In this document: piece by piece, positions 12,461-25,754 of the stretch | How positions within the stretch are numbered: position 1 is the stretch's first letter | Layout of the letters: each line of letters opens with the position of its first letter | Assembly (NCBI RefSeq): GCF_009914755.1 | Contig: NC_060926.1 | Source: the human T2T-CHM13v2.0 reference genome, Homo sapiens | Strand: one strand, 5' to 3' | Length of the DNA: 64,000 bases | Made by a program: the position numbers and the translations under genes | Notes under the pieces: generated by a model | Databases searched by the model: none | Told to the model about the DNA's origin: nothing | What the model saw: only the letters and a program-made list of their open reading frames with translations

Positions 12461-14764
12461 TGTATTAGTCCGTTTTCACACTGCTGATAAAGACATATTC
12501 AAGGCTGGGAAGAAAAAGAGGTTTAATTGGACTTACAGTTCCGCATGGCTGGGGAGGCCTCAGAATCACAGTGGGAGGCAAAAGGCATTTCTTACATGGT
12601 GTCAGCAAAAAAAAAAAGAAAGAAAGAAAAAAATGAGGAAGAAGCAAAAGCAGAAACCCCTGATAAACCAATCAGGTCTCATGGTACTTATTCACTATCA
12701 CAAGCATAGCATGAGAAAGACCAGCCCCCGTGATTCAATTACCTCCCCTTGAGTCTCTCCCACAACACATGGGAATTCTGGGAGATACAATTCAAGTTGA
12801 GATTTGGGTGGGGACACAGCCAATCCATATCATTTGCCAACCCCTGGCCCCTCCAAATCTCATGTCCTCACATCTCAAAACCAGTCATGTCTTCCCAACA
12901 GCCCCCCAAATCTTAACTCTTTTCAGCACTAACCCAAAAGTCCAGAGTCCAAAGTCTCATCTAAGACAAGGCAAGTCCATTCTGCCTATGAGCCTGTAAA
13001 ACCAAACGCAAGCTAGTTAATTCCTAGATACAATGGAGGTACAGGTATTTGGTAAGTACGGGCATTCCAAATGGGAGAAATTGGCCAAAACAAAGGGGTT
13101 ACAGGGCCCATGCAAGTCTGAAATCCAGTGGAGCAGTCACATTTTAAAGCTCCAAAATGATCTCCTTTGACTCCAGGTCTCACATTCAACTCACACTGAT
13201 GCAAGAGGTGGGTTCCCATGATCTTGGGCAGCTCTGCCCCTGTGGCTTTGCAGGGTAAAGCCTCCCTCCTGGCTGCTTTCACAGGCTGGTGTTTAGTGTC
13301 TCCGGCTTTTCCAGGTACACAGTGCAAGCTGTCAGTGGATCTACCATTCTGGGGTCTGGAGGATGGTGGCCCTCTTCTCACAGTTCCACTAGGCAGTGCC
13401 CCAGTAGGGACTCTGTGTGGGGGCTATGACCCCACATTTCCCTTCTGCACTGCCCTAGCAGAGGTTCTCCATGAGGGTCCCACCCTTGCAGAAAACTTTT
13501 GCCTGGGCATCTAGACGTTTCCATACCTCTTCTGAAATCTAGGTGGAGGTTCCCAAACCTCAATTCTTGACTTCTGTGCACCCACAGGCTCAACACCACA
13601 TGGAAGCTGCCAAGGCTTGGGGCTTCCACCCTCTGAAGCCACAGCCCAAGCTCTACGTTGGTCCCTTTCAGCCACAGCTAGAGCAGCTGGGACACAGGGT
13701 ACCAAGTCCCTAGGCTGCACACAGCATAGGGACCCAGGGCCCAGCCCACAGAAACCCTTTTTCCTCCAGGGCCTCTGGGCCTGTGATGGGAGGGGCTTCC
13801 ATGAAGGTCTCTGACATGGCCTAGAGACATTTTTCCCATGATCTTGGAGATTAACATTAGATTCCTTTTTACTTATGCAAATTTCTGCAGCTTTATTGAA
13901 TTTCTCCCCCGGAAAATGGATTTTTCTTTTCTATTGCATAGTCAGGCTGCAAATTTTCCAAACTTTCATGCTCTGCTTCCCTTTTAAAACTGAATATCTT
14001 TAACAGTACCCAAGTCACCTCTTGAATGCTTTGCTGCTTAGAAATTTCTTCCACCAGATACCCTAAGTCATCTTTCTCAAGTTCAAATTTTCACAAATCT
14101 CTAGGGCAGGGGCAAAATGCCACCAGTCTCTTTGCTAAAACATAACAAGAGCCACCTTACTCCAGTTCCCAAAAAGTTCCTCATCTCCATCTGAGACCAC
14201 CTCAGCCTGGACCTTATTGTCCATATCGCTATCAGCATCTCGAGCAAAGCCATTTAACAAGTCTCTAGGCAGTTCCAAATTTTCCCACATTTTCCTGTCT
14301 TCCTCTGAGCCCTCCAACTGTTCCAACCTTTGCCTGTTACCCAGTTCCAAAGTCACTTCCACATTTTTGGATATCTTTTCAGCAATGCCCCACTCTACTG
14401 GTACCAATTTACTGTATTAGTCCATTTTCACACGACTGATAAAGACAAACCCGAGGCTGGGAAGAAAAAGAGGTTTAATTGGACTTAAAGTTCCACATGG
14501 CTGGGGAGGCCTCAGAACCATGGCAGGAGGCAAAAGGCACTTCTTACACAGTGGCAGCAAGATAAAATGAGGAAGAAGCAAAAGCGGACATCCCTGATAA
14601 ACCTATCAGATCCCGTGAAACTTATTCACTATCATGAGAATAGCATGGAAGAGACTGGCCCACATGATTCAATTACCTCCCCTTGGATCCTTCCCAACAT
14701 GTGGGAATTCTGGGAGATACAATTTAAGTTGAGGTTTGGGTGGGGACACAGCCAAACCATATCA
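12461..14764 (-). mobile_element. Complete THE1A MaLR provirus (LTR 14413-14764, internal 12833-14412, LTR 12461-12832)
   Basis: Two homologous LTRs, about 1.58-kb internal region, purine tract next to the 3' LTR, perfect TSD TGTCC (12456-12460 / 14765-14769). Confidence 0.95.
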
Positions 14765-15196
14765 TGTCCCATGCCACTGTGCCTTTTCTGATGCTATCTG
14801 CCCTTCCTCAGATATTCTTTCTTCTCCACTTGCTGAAATTCTGTCTATTCTTTAAGAGCATTCTCCAATGTTAGTATTTAAGTGAAGTTCTCCCTGACAC
14901 CCCATGGATTGCCCTCATTACATTTTCCCAATCAGAATGAATTACTCCCACCTTTGGGATCTCGGGCACTGTTCGTAATCCTCTGCTAAGAGGTCTAAAC
15001 ATGGTCTAATTTATTTTATAATTTGCTGTGTACATGTCTCTCTTGGGTTGCTCCCCTCAACCAAAATTATTATCTCTTTGAACACAGATACTAAGATTTC
15101 TTCTTTGTTAAGTCTTCTAGTAGATAACCCAGTGTCTAGTATAGAATACATAAATGTAATATATTTGTAATTTATTTTATGCATTTATTTGTCATC

Positions 15197-15550
15197 TGTA
15201 TTAGTCAGTTCTCATACTGCTAATAAAGACATAACCAAGACTGGATAATTTATAAAGAAAAAGAGGCTTAATGGACTCAGTTCCATGTGGCTGGAGAGGC
15301 CTCACAATCGTGGCAGAAGGCAAAGGGGAAGAAAGTCACATCTTATGCAGTGGTGGGCAAGAGAGTTTGTGTAGGGGAATTCCCATTTATAAAACCATCA
15401 GATCTCATGAGACTTATTCACTACCATGAGAACAGTATGGGGGAAACTACCCCCATGATTCATTTATCTCCACCAGGTGCCCCACTTGACGCATAGGGAT
15501 TATTACAATTCAAGGTGAGATTTGGGTGGGGACACAGCAAAACCATATTT
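15197..15550 (-). mobile_element. Solo THE1B/C LTR
   Basis: tgtattagtc...ggggacacagcaaaaccata; flanks tcatc/tcata. Confidence 0.9.
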
Positions 15551-15579
15551 TCATACAATAGAAATATTCGTTTGGCATA

Positions 15580-15790
15580 TTATTGGTACATTTATTTAGC
15601 TCTAACTTGGGACTAGACACTATACTAACTATATATACAATACCTCTAATCCTTACAAAAACATAAGTTACATATTATCCCTATTCTACAGTTGAAGAAA
15701 TTGAGGCTTAAGGGGTTAACTGGTTTATATAAGAATACATAGTAGTTAATGATGCCACCTGAATTTCAATGCAAATCAATGTAACTCCAT
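15580..15790 (-). mobile_element. MIR SINE
   Basis: 'attatccctattctacagttgaagaaattgaggctta'. Confidence 0.75.
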
Positions 15791-18009
15791 TATAAACTTC
15801 AAGAAATTGAATACCCTATTCATGATAAGCATCGAGTGTTTTTAAAACAAAGGAGAGTACACTCACAATAAGGGCATTTGCTATTTATCACTTTACTATG
15901 CCATCTCAGGGAATGAAAATAATCATTCTCTTTCCCATGTCCAAACAAGCACAAATACATGTATGCAATTTTGCTTTAAAAATTACACTAAAAACAAAAT
16001 ATTACATATTCTTATTTTGTATAATTGACTAGGAAATGTTTTATGGATTAATGAAATTGAGGGATGAGTAGCTACCAAATCTAGCCACAAAAGGAGACAT
16101 TCTGGATCATAAAGCATATTTTATTCATCTTGACAGTTGTTTAATTTTAAGTATTTATGATGTTACTTTATAGTAAATATGTCTAAATCATGAAAGCTAG
16201 TTAATATGAGACCCAACTTTGGAAATTTGCTCAAGTTTCTGCCATTAAAGCTATATTTAAATGGATTTTGTCCTAAGAATTATGGGTTTTATATAGTAAT
16301 GACATGAAAATTATCCATATTCTACTCTACGGTATAATGGCACTACTCCCACTGCTGCTACCATTACTATTACCAAGACAACTACACTTGATTTTATGTA
16401 AGTAAATCAACTAACATATCCCCTGTAAATCAACTAAATCAACTAACATATCCCCATATCATTTGAACTGAATATGAAAAATGCCACAGTAGGGAGTCTT
16501 TGTAATATAGAAAAAAAATACCCTTTGAGCTTACTTTAAAAAAATCATTATGTGGTATAGGTTTTGTACCCGAAAGAATTACACTTTCATATGTCAACAA
16601 TGTTTTTGCTTTAAAAAGAAATCATTTTTTGATACAGTAAGTCTTCTTTATGTCTGGGGTAAGGGGAAGAGAAATAGGCTTTTAAGTGATTTAAATCTTA
16701 ATAAAGACCACAGATCTGACTCTACCACCAGCTGTGAGGGGAACCAGTCTCCAGGTCAAACATACTGTGACATACTTACAAAAGAAAGCAGAGAACATAA
16801 CCTTTGGCTTCCCTTAAAATCCTCCCATAAAGGACTTGGCATGATTTAGGGAGACACTGTGAGGAGTGGTCACAGCAGGTTCTGACCCCACTCATATCAC
16901 GGGCAGTTGTAAGTCATATGAAACCTCTGAGTTTTGAATATCCCTCCACATTACTCGTAATTTACATCTGGAATACCAATGAGGAGGACTCCAGAGTGTG
17001 GAAGAATTCTAATTTTTAAACATAGCAAAAATTAAAACTAAGAAAAGTCTTGAGATCACATTTCTAGCCTGTGGAGGAATGGAAGACAAGGAGAGGAAAG
17101 AAACAAGGACACTGGTGCTCCAGATTAACATCCTTTCACTGGGGAGTTTCTCTGCTCTAAAGCACCTTGGAATTTCCAATCAAAGTCCCTCCATCAACAT
17201 CTTTAAAAAGCATCAAGAAGCTTTTCTTGGTCATTCATCACTGATTTGCGATGCAGGCAAATCCCACATCTTAGCCAAGGGATGGGGCCATGGAAGGCTT
17301 TTTGCTGTCCTCCAAGGGCTCTGAAGTAATTGCAGACTGTGTAGATTAAACTCTGTCCCTTCTGGAAGCCTACCTAACATGATAGAACATTCAGGGAACA
17401 GGCAGTGGCGAAATGTGTGAGCTAGAACTGGATCGTCCCAGGCCAAACACAAAGCACACCCATAACATTCTCAGCAGTGATCTTCTTAACTTAAAAAAAA
17501 AAAAAAAAAAAACTCCACTGTAGCATGTAGCTAGGCCAGAAGAACCATTTGGCCCACCTTCCCATTCTCAAGGGGCTTTTAAATGAAGACCTCCGAAGCC
17601 ATCATCAAAGAAGGTTATACATATAATGAGTTACAGGGATATACCAACAGTATTCAAAGTGAAGATGATGATCATAGGCATTTAATTATTTGTCCACTGG
17701 CTGAACTACACCAACTTTAGTGAACAAATTGATGCATATAATAAATCCTATGATTATCTTTTGTGTTCAAAATTGTTATGTTTGTGTTAAATTTATATTT
17801 GTATTTAAATATTTCTTTTTCATTTAAACACTTTTAAAATTGCCATTTTTAATAATATGATTTTTAATTTACTAAAAACTTTAAATGCTAAAGAGTTGAG
17901 AGAGAAAGAATGAGAATGAAAGAGAAAGGGACCCACTTGTACATCTATGCAGACTCTTTCCATAGTATAGAATGACCTTTCTCCATCTCAGTGCCACAAA
18001 CTCTATTTT

Positions 18010-19229
18010 TTCTTTTTTTTTTTTTATTATACTTTAAGTTCTGGGATACATGTGCAGAACGTGCAGGTTTGTTACACAGGTATACACATGCCATGGTAAT
18101 TGCTGCACCCATCAACCCGTCATCTACATTAGGCATTTCTCCTAATGCTATCCCTCCCCTACCCCTTCACCCACTGACAAGCCCCAGTGTGTGATGTTCC
18201 CCTCCTTGTGTCCATGTGTTCTCATAGTTCAACTCCCACTTATAAATGAGAACATGCAGTGTTTGGTTTTCTGTTCCTGTGTTAGTTTGCTGAGAATGAT
18301 GGTTTCCAGCTTCATCCATGTCCCTGCAAAGGACAAAGCTTTTTTATGGCTGCATAGTATTCTATGGTATATATGTGCCACATTTTCTTTATCCAGTCTA
18401 TCATTGATGGGCATTTGGGTTGGTTCCAAGTCTTTGCTATTGTGAATAGTGCCACAGTAAACATATGTGTGCATGTGTCTTTACAGTGGAATGATTTATA
18501 ATCCTTTGGGTATATACCCACTAATGGGATTGCTGGGTCAAATGGTATTTCTGGTTCTAGATCCTTGAGGAATCACCACACTGTCTTCCACAATGGTTGA
18601 AGTAATTTACACTCCCACCAACAGTGTAAAAGCATTCCTATTTCTCCACATCCTCTCCAGCATCTGTTGCTTCCTGACTTTTTAATGATCACCATTCTAA
18701 CTAGCATGAGAAAACTGAAACTGGACCCCTTCCTTACACCTTATACAAAAATTAACTCAAGGTGGATTAAAGACTTAAACGTAAGACCTAAAACCATAAA
18801 AACCATAAAAGAAAACCTAGGCAACACCATTCAGGACATAGGCATGGGCGAAGACTTCATGACTAAAACACCAAAAGCAATGGTAACAAAAGCCAAAATT
18901 GACAAATGGGATCTAATTACTCTAAAGAGCTTCTGCACAGCAAAAAATAAAATAAAATAAAATTAAAAAACACTATCATCAGAGTGAAAAGGGAACAGGC
19001 AACCTACAGAATGGAAGAAAAATTTTGCAATCTATTCATCTGACAAAGGGCTAATATCCAGAATCTACAAGGAACTTAAACAAATTTATAAGAAAAAAAT
19101 AACCCCATCAAAAATGGGTAAAGGATGTGAACAGACACTTCTCAAAAGAAGACATTTATGCAGCCAAAAAACATGTGAAAAAAAGCTCATCATCACTGGT
19201 CATTAGGGAAATGCAAATCAAAACCACAA
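18010..19229 (-). mobile_element. 5'-truncated, 5'-inverted L1PA7-like element
   Basis: Antisense 3' end and polyT to about 18710, then sense ORF2 piece 18709-19229; TSD ccacaaactctatttt (17994-18009) / ccacaaactctgtttt (19224-19239). Confidence 0.93.
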
Positions 19230-19339
19230 ACTCTGTTTTAGCCTTCATGTAGTCCCTGTCCTCCTGTCTCTGAAACATACGACTTCTCCCTCCCTAGAAT
19301 CCCCATAGTCCTTCAGCACTGTGACATTTAACTATTTTG

Positions 19340-19842
19340 ATCCTTCAGTCAAGGAAACTTTGACTTTAGTGTTCACTCCTCCAAGTCCTATTATGCCTCA
19401 AGACTCAGCACAGGCTAATGTCCTCTAAGAACTCTTCCAAGACTCACCTCTCTTTGGCCACTCACCCCATTCAGTGCCCTCCCCCACACCATGTGCTCCT
19501 TTAGCATCCCGGACACTCCTATCTCTGCCCTTGCCACAGCAGAGAGAGGATCTGTTCATGTGTTGGTCTCACTGCATTGCGATCTGCGTTAGGCAAGGGA
19601 TTCATCTGAAGTATCTTTCCCTCCCAGCAGCTAGCACAGTGCATGGCTGAGAGCTATAACTCAATATATGTTTGTTGAGCTTCATGAACTGCTTTGAATT
19701 CATTATCCCAATTTACTTCTTATCTCCCTTGTCAGTCTCTCTTCTCCACAAGAGTGGGTAAGATGTGTGTCTGATTGTCTGCCTATCTCTAACATTTGCT
19801 GCATATCAGGGCTTTATAAATATTTGTTGAATGACTGAATAA
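19340..19842 (+). mobile_element. L2 3' fragments
   Basis: 'ctagcacagtgcatggc...tatgtttgttgag' and 'aaatatttgttgaatgactgaat'. Confidence 0.65.
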
Positions 19843-20167
19843 GTCTGTCCTGACCTTAGCCTTCCACCACAAATTACAATATGCAGTAGAAATGAGAACA
19901 TGAAAATTCCATCTGTGAAAGTATTTTTTTATTTGCAACTGTTGTTTTTTAAATTCATTGTCAAGAGGATACTGTAGATTTCCTCTCTTTGGTTTCTGCC
20001 AGAAGAGAACACCTGCAGGGGCCTAGAAGGAAAATATACCTATGCTTAAGGGTGGGGAAGGAATGAAAGAACTTTCTAGAGGTTTTCAGCAAACTTCTGA
20101 TTTGTAAATGTCTAGGCAAAGTCATCAATGAGAAGTAGTGTAGGTAGAGTAAAACAATCCCCAGTGT

Positions 20168-20290
20168 CCATTCATTCATTCATACAGTCATTCAACAAAC
20201 ATTTGTTGAGCATCTTCTCCAGACCAGGTGAGGCTCTGTGCTAGGTGTCAGGGAAACAAAGATTTGGGTTAACAGACAAACTTTGCCCTT
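20168..20290 (-). mobile_element. L2 3' end
   Basis: 'cattcattcattc...aacaaacatttgttgagc...ctgtgctaggtg'. Confidence 0.75.
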
Positions 20291-20306
20291 TCAGATTTTA
20301 GCCGCT

Positions 20307-20618
20307 GCCGGGCACAGTGGCTCTTGCCTGTAATCCCTACACTTTGGGAGGCTGAGGTGGGCGGATCACTTGAGGTCAGGAGTTCAAGACCAGCTTGGCC
20401 AACATGGTCATTTTTAGTCTCAACTAAACATGGTCACTTTTGGTCTCCACTAAAAATACAAAAATTAGCCAGGCATGGTGGTGCATGCCTGTAGTCTCAG
20501 CTGAGGCATGAGAATTGCTTAAACCCAGGAGGTGGCAGTTGCAGTGAGCCGAGATCACGACACTGCACTCCAGTCTCAGTGACAAAGCGAGACGCTGTCT
20601 CAAAAAAAAAAAAAAAAA
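20307..20618 (+). mobile_element. AluS with internal 27-bp duplication and small deletion
   Basis: Dimeric Alu; TSD agattttagccgct / agattttagaccct. Confidence 0.92.
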
Positions 20619-20948
20619 AGATTTTAGACCCTTCTGAAAACCTGACAGCAATTAAATCAACAACTCCAATGCTATGTGTTGTAAGTGGTATAAGCTGGGA
20701 TCACAGTAAACACAGGATGTGAATGAAGCAAAAGTTTGCGTTATTTGCTCTGGTCATTCTGAATTGCTCTTTACTTGCTGAATGGGCAGGGCCATTGTGG
20801 TTGTGTGAGGCTGGTGATTCCCTCGTAAGATGCAGATAGCACTAAATCTGAGGGTGAACTCAGATGATGACCCTGGCACAAGAAAGAGGAGATCACAGAG
20901 TCTTGTCTACATTAGGATCTTGCATTCCCACGTGCACCGAGTACAGAC

Positions 20949-21121
20949 CAGGTCCTCTCAGACTTTCACATGCGTATGAATTATCTGCAAATCCTGCTAA
21001 AAATGCAGCTTTTGATTCAGTGGGGTGGAGGAAGGGGCTTGGGAGTCTGCATTTCTAACAAGTTCCCAGGTGATGCTGAGGCTGACGCTGCAGGTTCGTG
21101 GACCACATTTTGAGTAGGAAG
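20949..21121. mobile_element. MER5A1 hAT-Charlie MITE
   Basis: 'ctgcatttctaacaagttcccaggtgatgctga...ggaccacattttgagtag'. Confidence 0.85.
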
Positions 21122-21124
21122 AAC

Positions 21125-21345
21125 ACAGAAGAAAGAGCACTATCTTGCAAAGCCTAACACACCTGCACGTCAAATCCTAACTCTAATATTTACTACCTGA
21201 ATGGTTCTTTGTTAATTGCTTATGCTTCCTGATCCTCAGTTTGCAGCATTTGTAAAAGAGGATAATACAATCCAAATCATAAGGTTGCTGTGAGGATAAA
21301 ATGAAAGTGTCTAGAATAGGAACTCATAATAATAATTACTAGCTA
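21125..21345 (+). mobile_element. MIR SINE
   Basis: 'cctcagtttgcagcatttgtaaaagaggataata...ggttgctgtgaggataaaatga'. Confidence 0.75.
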
Positions 21346-22879
21346 TTACTCAGTGGGTTTTCATTCTTTCCTCAAATGTGTTTGGAAACTATCAGAATAA
21401 TTTTAATCATTTTGAACTCAATGGAATCCTATGTACTTGTGGTCACTATTCTCTGTTTTTCTTTATGAGGGTCCATTGTCAGCTTGGGGTTTCTTTGTTA
21501 TTCCCAACACCTCTCAATCTAATATCAGATGCTATTCATGAACTAGAAGGCTTGTTTTTCTGGGTTATTAATGAAGTTGTTAAGTGAGGCTGGAGGGGGA
21601 AGACAGAGGCATCCCGCTCTCTACCGCTCCATAAATCACCACCCTGAATGGAGACGGCTTCTTCTGCTTCTCAGTTCCTATCATCCCACATATCTCAATG
21701 AATTTGAATGAATTTCATGATTAAAGTTTCATAAGATGCCACATCAAATATTCTCTAAATCTCAAGGTCTAATACTTCCACAGCACTTGCTTTTGTTTTC
21801 TCATCCTCCAGTTTTTACCACAAACAAAGCATGCAGGTGCACCTTGCAGGATAGGTTTTTTTTTTTTTCCTTTAGACACCCTACCACTGATTCTCTGTAA
21901 AGCTGTTATCTCCTCAGTGTTGAGCAGCCCGCTTTCAGTCTCAGCTCCCCACCTGACAGGTGACCAGCTGGCTCTACATATGATGTATGTCTTTTACCTT
22001 GGTAATAAATCTGGCGACCATACATCTGACAACCTGCCCATGGCTCCAGACACCTGCATATTCATGCTCCTGGACCCAGGCTGGCATTTCCTCATCCTGC
22101 TCTCATACAGAAAACAACGACCTCCTCCACATACAGCTATCTGCTCCTAGAGCCACAAGAATGGCCTTGCTCTGATTCTAACTAACTGTCTTAGGTCAGA
22201 CAAGTTACACAAATGTTACACAACAGAGAAATAGGCCTGTTTTCTTTTGCAAATGGAAATAGAAAGGATTCCTTGCCTAGAATCGCAAGGCTTTTCACCA
22301 TGCAAATATATCTGCATGTTAATATCATCCAGTGAGCATTTTGGGGGTGTCTCTAAACTATTCAGTATCAAGAGAGTTAACAGCCATGTCCCTAAACTCT
22401 TAAAACACTAATGGGACCCTACAGAAAAGATCAAAGAGATTTCAGAAGAATGCTCATCTTTTTCCCCAGAAAAGAGAAGCGAATATAGAGGTAGGTCATT
22501 AGGTTTGCAGATTTGGTACAGCCTTCCTGAAAAAGAGATGTGTGACATGCAGAAAAGAGCTGGGATGCAGAATTGAGGCAGACAGTCAGTTTACAACCTT
22601 GAAAAGAAAGGGCTATTGACTAGGAATCTAAAGGCCAAAAATGCATGCTCTCTTTTGTCTAAATGTCCTCTTTTTCAGATCCCTAAATCACAAAGAGATA
22701 CAAAATGGGAATTTTTCTAAAATTCGACAATAATTTCCAACAGAAAGCATCTGGCTACTCCTTTTGCATTCTCACATGCATTCTCTTTTGCTCTCATCAT
22801 AGCCACATGTGCAGGTACACACACGTGCGTGCACATACATACACATATTTCTCTGTTTTTTTCACAGTCATCTACACCT

Positions 22880-23320
22880 GTACTGCCCTATAAGGTAGCA
22901 GTAGCCACGAGTAACTCTGTCACTTAAATTTAAAATTAAAAAATAAAAAATCATTTACTTGATCACACTAGCCATATTTCAATACCACATGTGCCAGTTG
23001 CTACTGCATTTAACAGCACAGATATACAGGTTGAGTATTCTTTATCTACAATGCTTGTAACCACAAGTGTTTCAGATTTCAGATTTTTTTTTGAGTTGAG
23101 AATATTTGCGTTATGTCTACTTACCAGTTGATCATCCAAATCCCAAAATTCAAAACACAGAATGCTCCAACGAGCATTTCCTGTGAAAGTCACATCAGTG
23201 CTCAAAAAGTTTCAAATTTTGGAGCATTTCAGATTTCAGATTTTCAGATTTGGTATGTTCAACTTGTAGAACATTTCAATCATTACAGAAAGTTCTACTG
23301 GCCAGTGTACACACCTGTAT
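22880..23320 (-). mobile_element. MER3 MITE interrupted by Tigger4a
   Basis: 'cactagccatatttcaa...acagcacagata' resumes as 'tagaacatttcaatcattacagaaagttcta'. Confidence 0.8.
23027..23266 (-). mobile_element. Tigger4a (MER46A)
   Basis: caggttgagtat...ttcaacttg termini, TA duplication on both sides. Confidence 0.88.
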
Positions 23321-23599
23321 GGTTTGCACAATATGATAAACACTTAGGAGATATGTGTTAACTAATTGACTAAATGAATGTGTGACTACATATTGTAGTT
23401 TTTCCAAATGTAATTTTTTCCTTTTGTCTCTCTTCAACTTCTCCAAAAATTGCCTATTTGTTAAGCATAAATAAAGTTAAATTTCCTACCTCCCACCGTA
23501 GTACTCAGAGCTATCTTACTTGACATACATTTCATATTTTTTTAAAAAAAAACAAAAACTACTGAAAGAAAATATAGGAGAAGAATTACACAAATGTGA

Positions 23600-24320
23600 G
23601 ATGGGGAGAATTTTCACACCAGAAAGGAAAAGACGCAGATTTGTCTACGTGTGAGTTGTAAGTTTCTAATAAGGTAAAAATATGAAAAGACCAACAAACA
23701 TGCAGGGAACTGTATAGCATATGTGAGTGATAAGGGATTAAATCCTTAATATATAAGAAATGTAAAAATTCATTAAAAAACACCTAGTAGAAAAATAGAC
23801 AAAAGATAAGAATAGCCAATTCACAGAATACAAATAGTCATTTTATTCATTAAAAAAGCCTAACCTTACTACTAATCAAAGAAATGCAATTAAAATAACA
23901 ATAAGACATTTTTCACCTGCCAGTCTGATAAAGATTTTTAAATGCTCTCATAATTAGCACTAGCAAGGTTATGGGAAAATAGACACATCCAATCTTGATG
24001 TTCTGAATTGTAAATTAGTATGGCCTTTGGGGAAGGCACTTTGGCAGTTTCAACCAAAATTTTAAAGTGCATACATTTTCATCAGCAATTCCATGTCTAG
24101 AAATTTATCTGACAGCAATACTAAGGCAAATGCATAGAGATTTATGTACCTAGTAGTTTATTAAAGCATTGTTTATAAGAGTAAAAAACAGATACATCTA
24201 AAAGTCTATCAGCAGGTTATATGTATATAATAGAATATTGTGTAACTGGTGTTTTTAAAAAGCAGTTTTATATACACAACTCAAATAATATATAACTCAA
24301 ATAATATATTGTTCTGTCAA
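23600..24320 (+). mobile_element. Old L1ME fragment
   Basis: 'ctaatcaaagaaatgcaattaaaataacaataagac', 'cagcaattccatgtctagaaatttatc'. Confidence 0.7.
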
Positions 24321-24333
24321 AAATACAAAACAG

Positions 24334-24458
24334 CAGGAGGCTGAGGCATGAGAATCACTTGAATCCAGGAGGCGGAGGTAGAAGTGAGCTGAGATCATGC
24401 CACCACACTCCAGCCTGGGGGATAAAGTGAGACTGTCTCCAAAAAAAAAAAAAAAAAG
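24334..24458 (+). mobile_element. 5'-truncated Alu (right arm only)
   Basis: Right-arm sequence plus A tail; flanks aaatacaaaacag / aaatatgaaacag. Confidence 0.9.
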
Positions 24459-24539
24459 AAATATGAAACAGAAAAAAATTTATGTACTGTCATCCTTATG
24501 TGTATTAACATACATATATACACAGAAGTGTAGATTGTA

Positions 24540-24750
24540 TGCTCATTGAGGGCTTATCATGTGCCAATCTCTGTTCTAATGGCTTTATATAATTCATGTA
24601 ATCTTCACACACATGATGTAGGTAACATTATTATGTCTGCTTGACATATAAGGAAACAGAAGCCTGGAGAGATCACTAGCACAAAATCACGTTGCTAATT
24701 AATGGCAGAATCAAGATTTGATTCCAGGGTCTGTCCACTTAACACTGCCA
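24540..24750 (-). mobile_element. MIR SINE
   Basis: 'cattgagggcttatcatgtgcc...ataaggaaacagaagcct...aatggcagaatcaagatttga'. Confidence 0.75.
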
Positions 24751-25754
24751 AGTAGTTGTGTACATGTTGGGTGAAGGGGGTGGGGAGAAACAGAGATAGA
24801 GAAAGAGGTACATTCTAAATTGTTAACCTTTATTACATCTGGGGAGGGGAACTGGACTTAGAGGTGTGGTTAGATAAGAATGTGCAAGTGAGTTTTAGTA
24901 AAAGCAGCAAGCAAGGAATTTTTCACTTATTACAATTTTGTAATATGTAAATTTTTATAACAAGCATTATCACTTTTGCACATAAAATATTTAAATCTGA
25001 AAAAACATTCTATTTCATTTTCTCCAAAGGATTAAGAAATATTGCTTTTTATTCTTAAAACTGAGAGAGTATAAATGTGATTGGTAACTTCTTGGATATC
25101 CAGGAATCTAGAGAGAGAGCATTCGTCTCCTGGTAAAGGCTGAAGATAAGTGGAGTCCTCTGGTTTCAGGAGACTTGTAAAACCCACCAGCACGCTGGCC
25201 AGGTGCCAAGCTCTGGAGCCAGTTGCCTGCACTGTGACTGTGACTTGTCCACCAAGCTGTCTGTCCTTGGGTCATGACTTGGCCACCCTAACCCTTGGTT
25301 TCCTCACCTGCATAAAGAAAATGATGATTGATCTCCCTCCACAGGCTTGGGGTGAGTTGGAATGTGGTCAAAGTTAAGGTTTTTATGGAATGTCTGGTGT
25401 ATTTTTCATCTCAATTAACATTGGCTGCCATGCTCCTCATTGCCACTTCAAACTCTCATCACCACCCTCTCCTGGCAATTTGAAATCAAGATTGCAAGCT
25501 GATCTGAAATTACCTAAAGCAGCCAAAAGACTAGGACCACTAACTTGGCATGTGGGTATAAATGAGAGACAATGGCCAAGTAACTACCGATGAAAAGAAT
25601 TAGAAGGCCCAGTATATGAACACAATGATCACCCCTTGAAATGCTACAGACATTTGCGTTCCAAGAAATCCAACCTATGTTCATCTGCTCTTAGAATAAA
25701 GGGATGGTTTTATTCAGAAAAGTGGTGTCTATCATCACTGTCCTATTTGCTCAG

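Larger units (their letters stand above)
11840..15170 (+). mobile_element. L2 element split by MER58A and THE1A insertions
   Basis: Collinear L2 pieces at about 11840-11960, 12220-12455 and 14770-15170. Confidence 0.6.

Noticed and set aside
13013-14407. ORFs inside the THE1 internal region
   Set aside because: Fragmented remnants of the MaLR internal sequence, not an intact gene
18667-18960. L1 ORF2-like peptides (also 35863-36278 and 56908-57294)
   Set aside because: Truncated retrotransposon pieces with no promoter or ORF1, interrupted by stops or frameshifts
21650-22690. Possible L3/CR1 remnants
   Set aside because: Similarity too faint to call by eye
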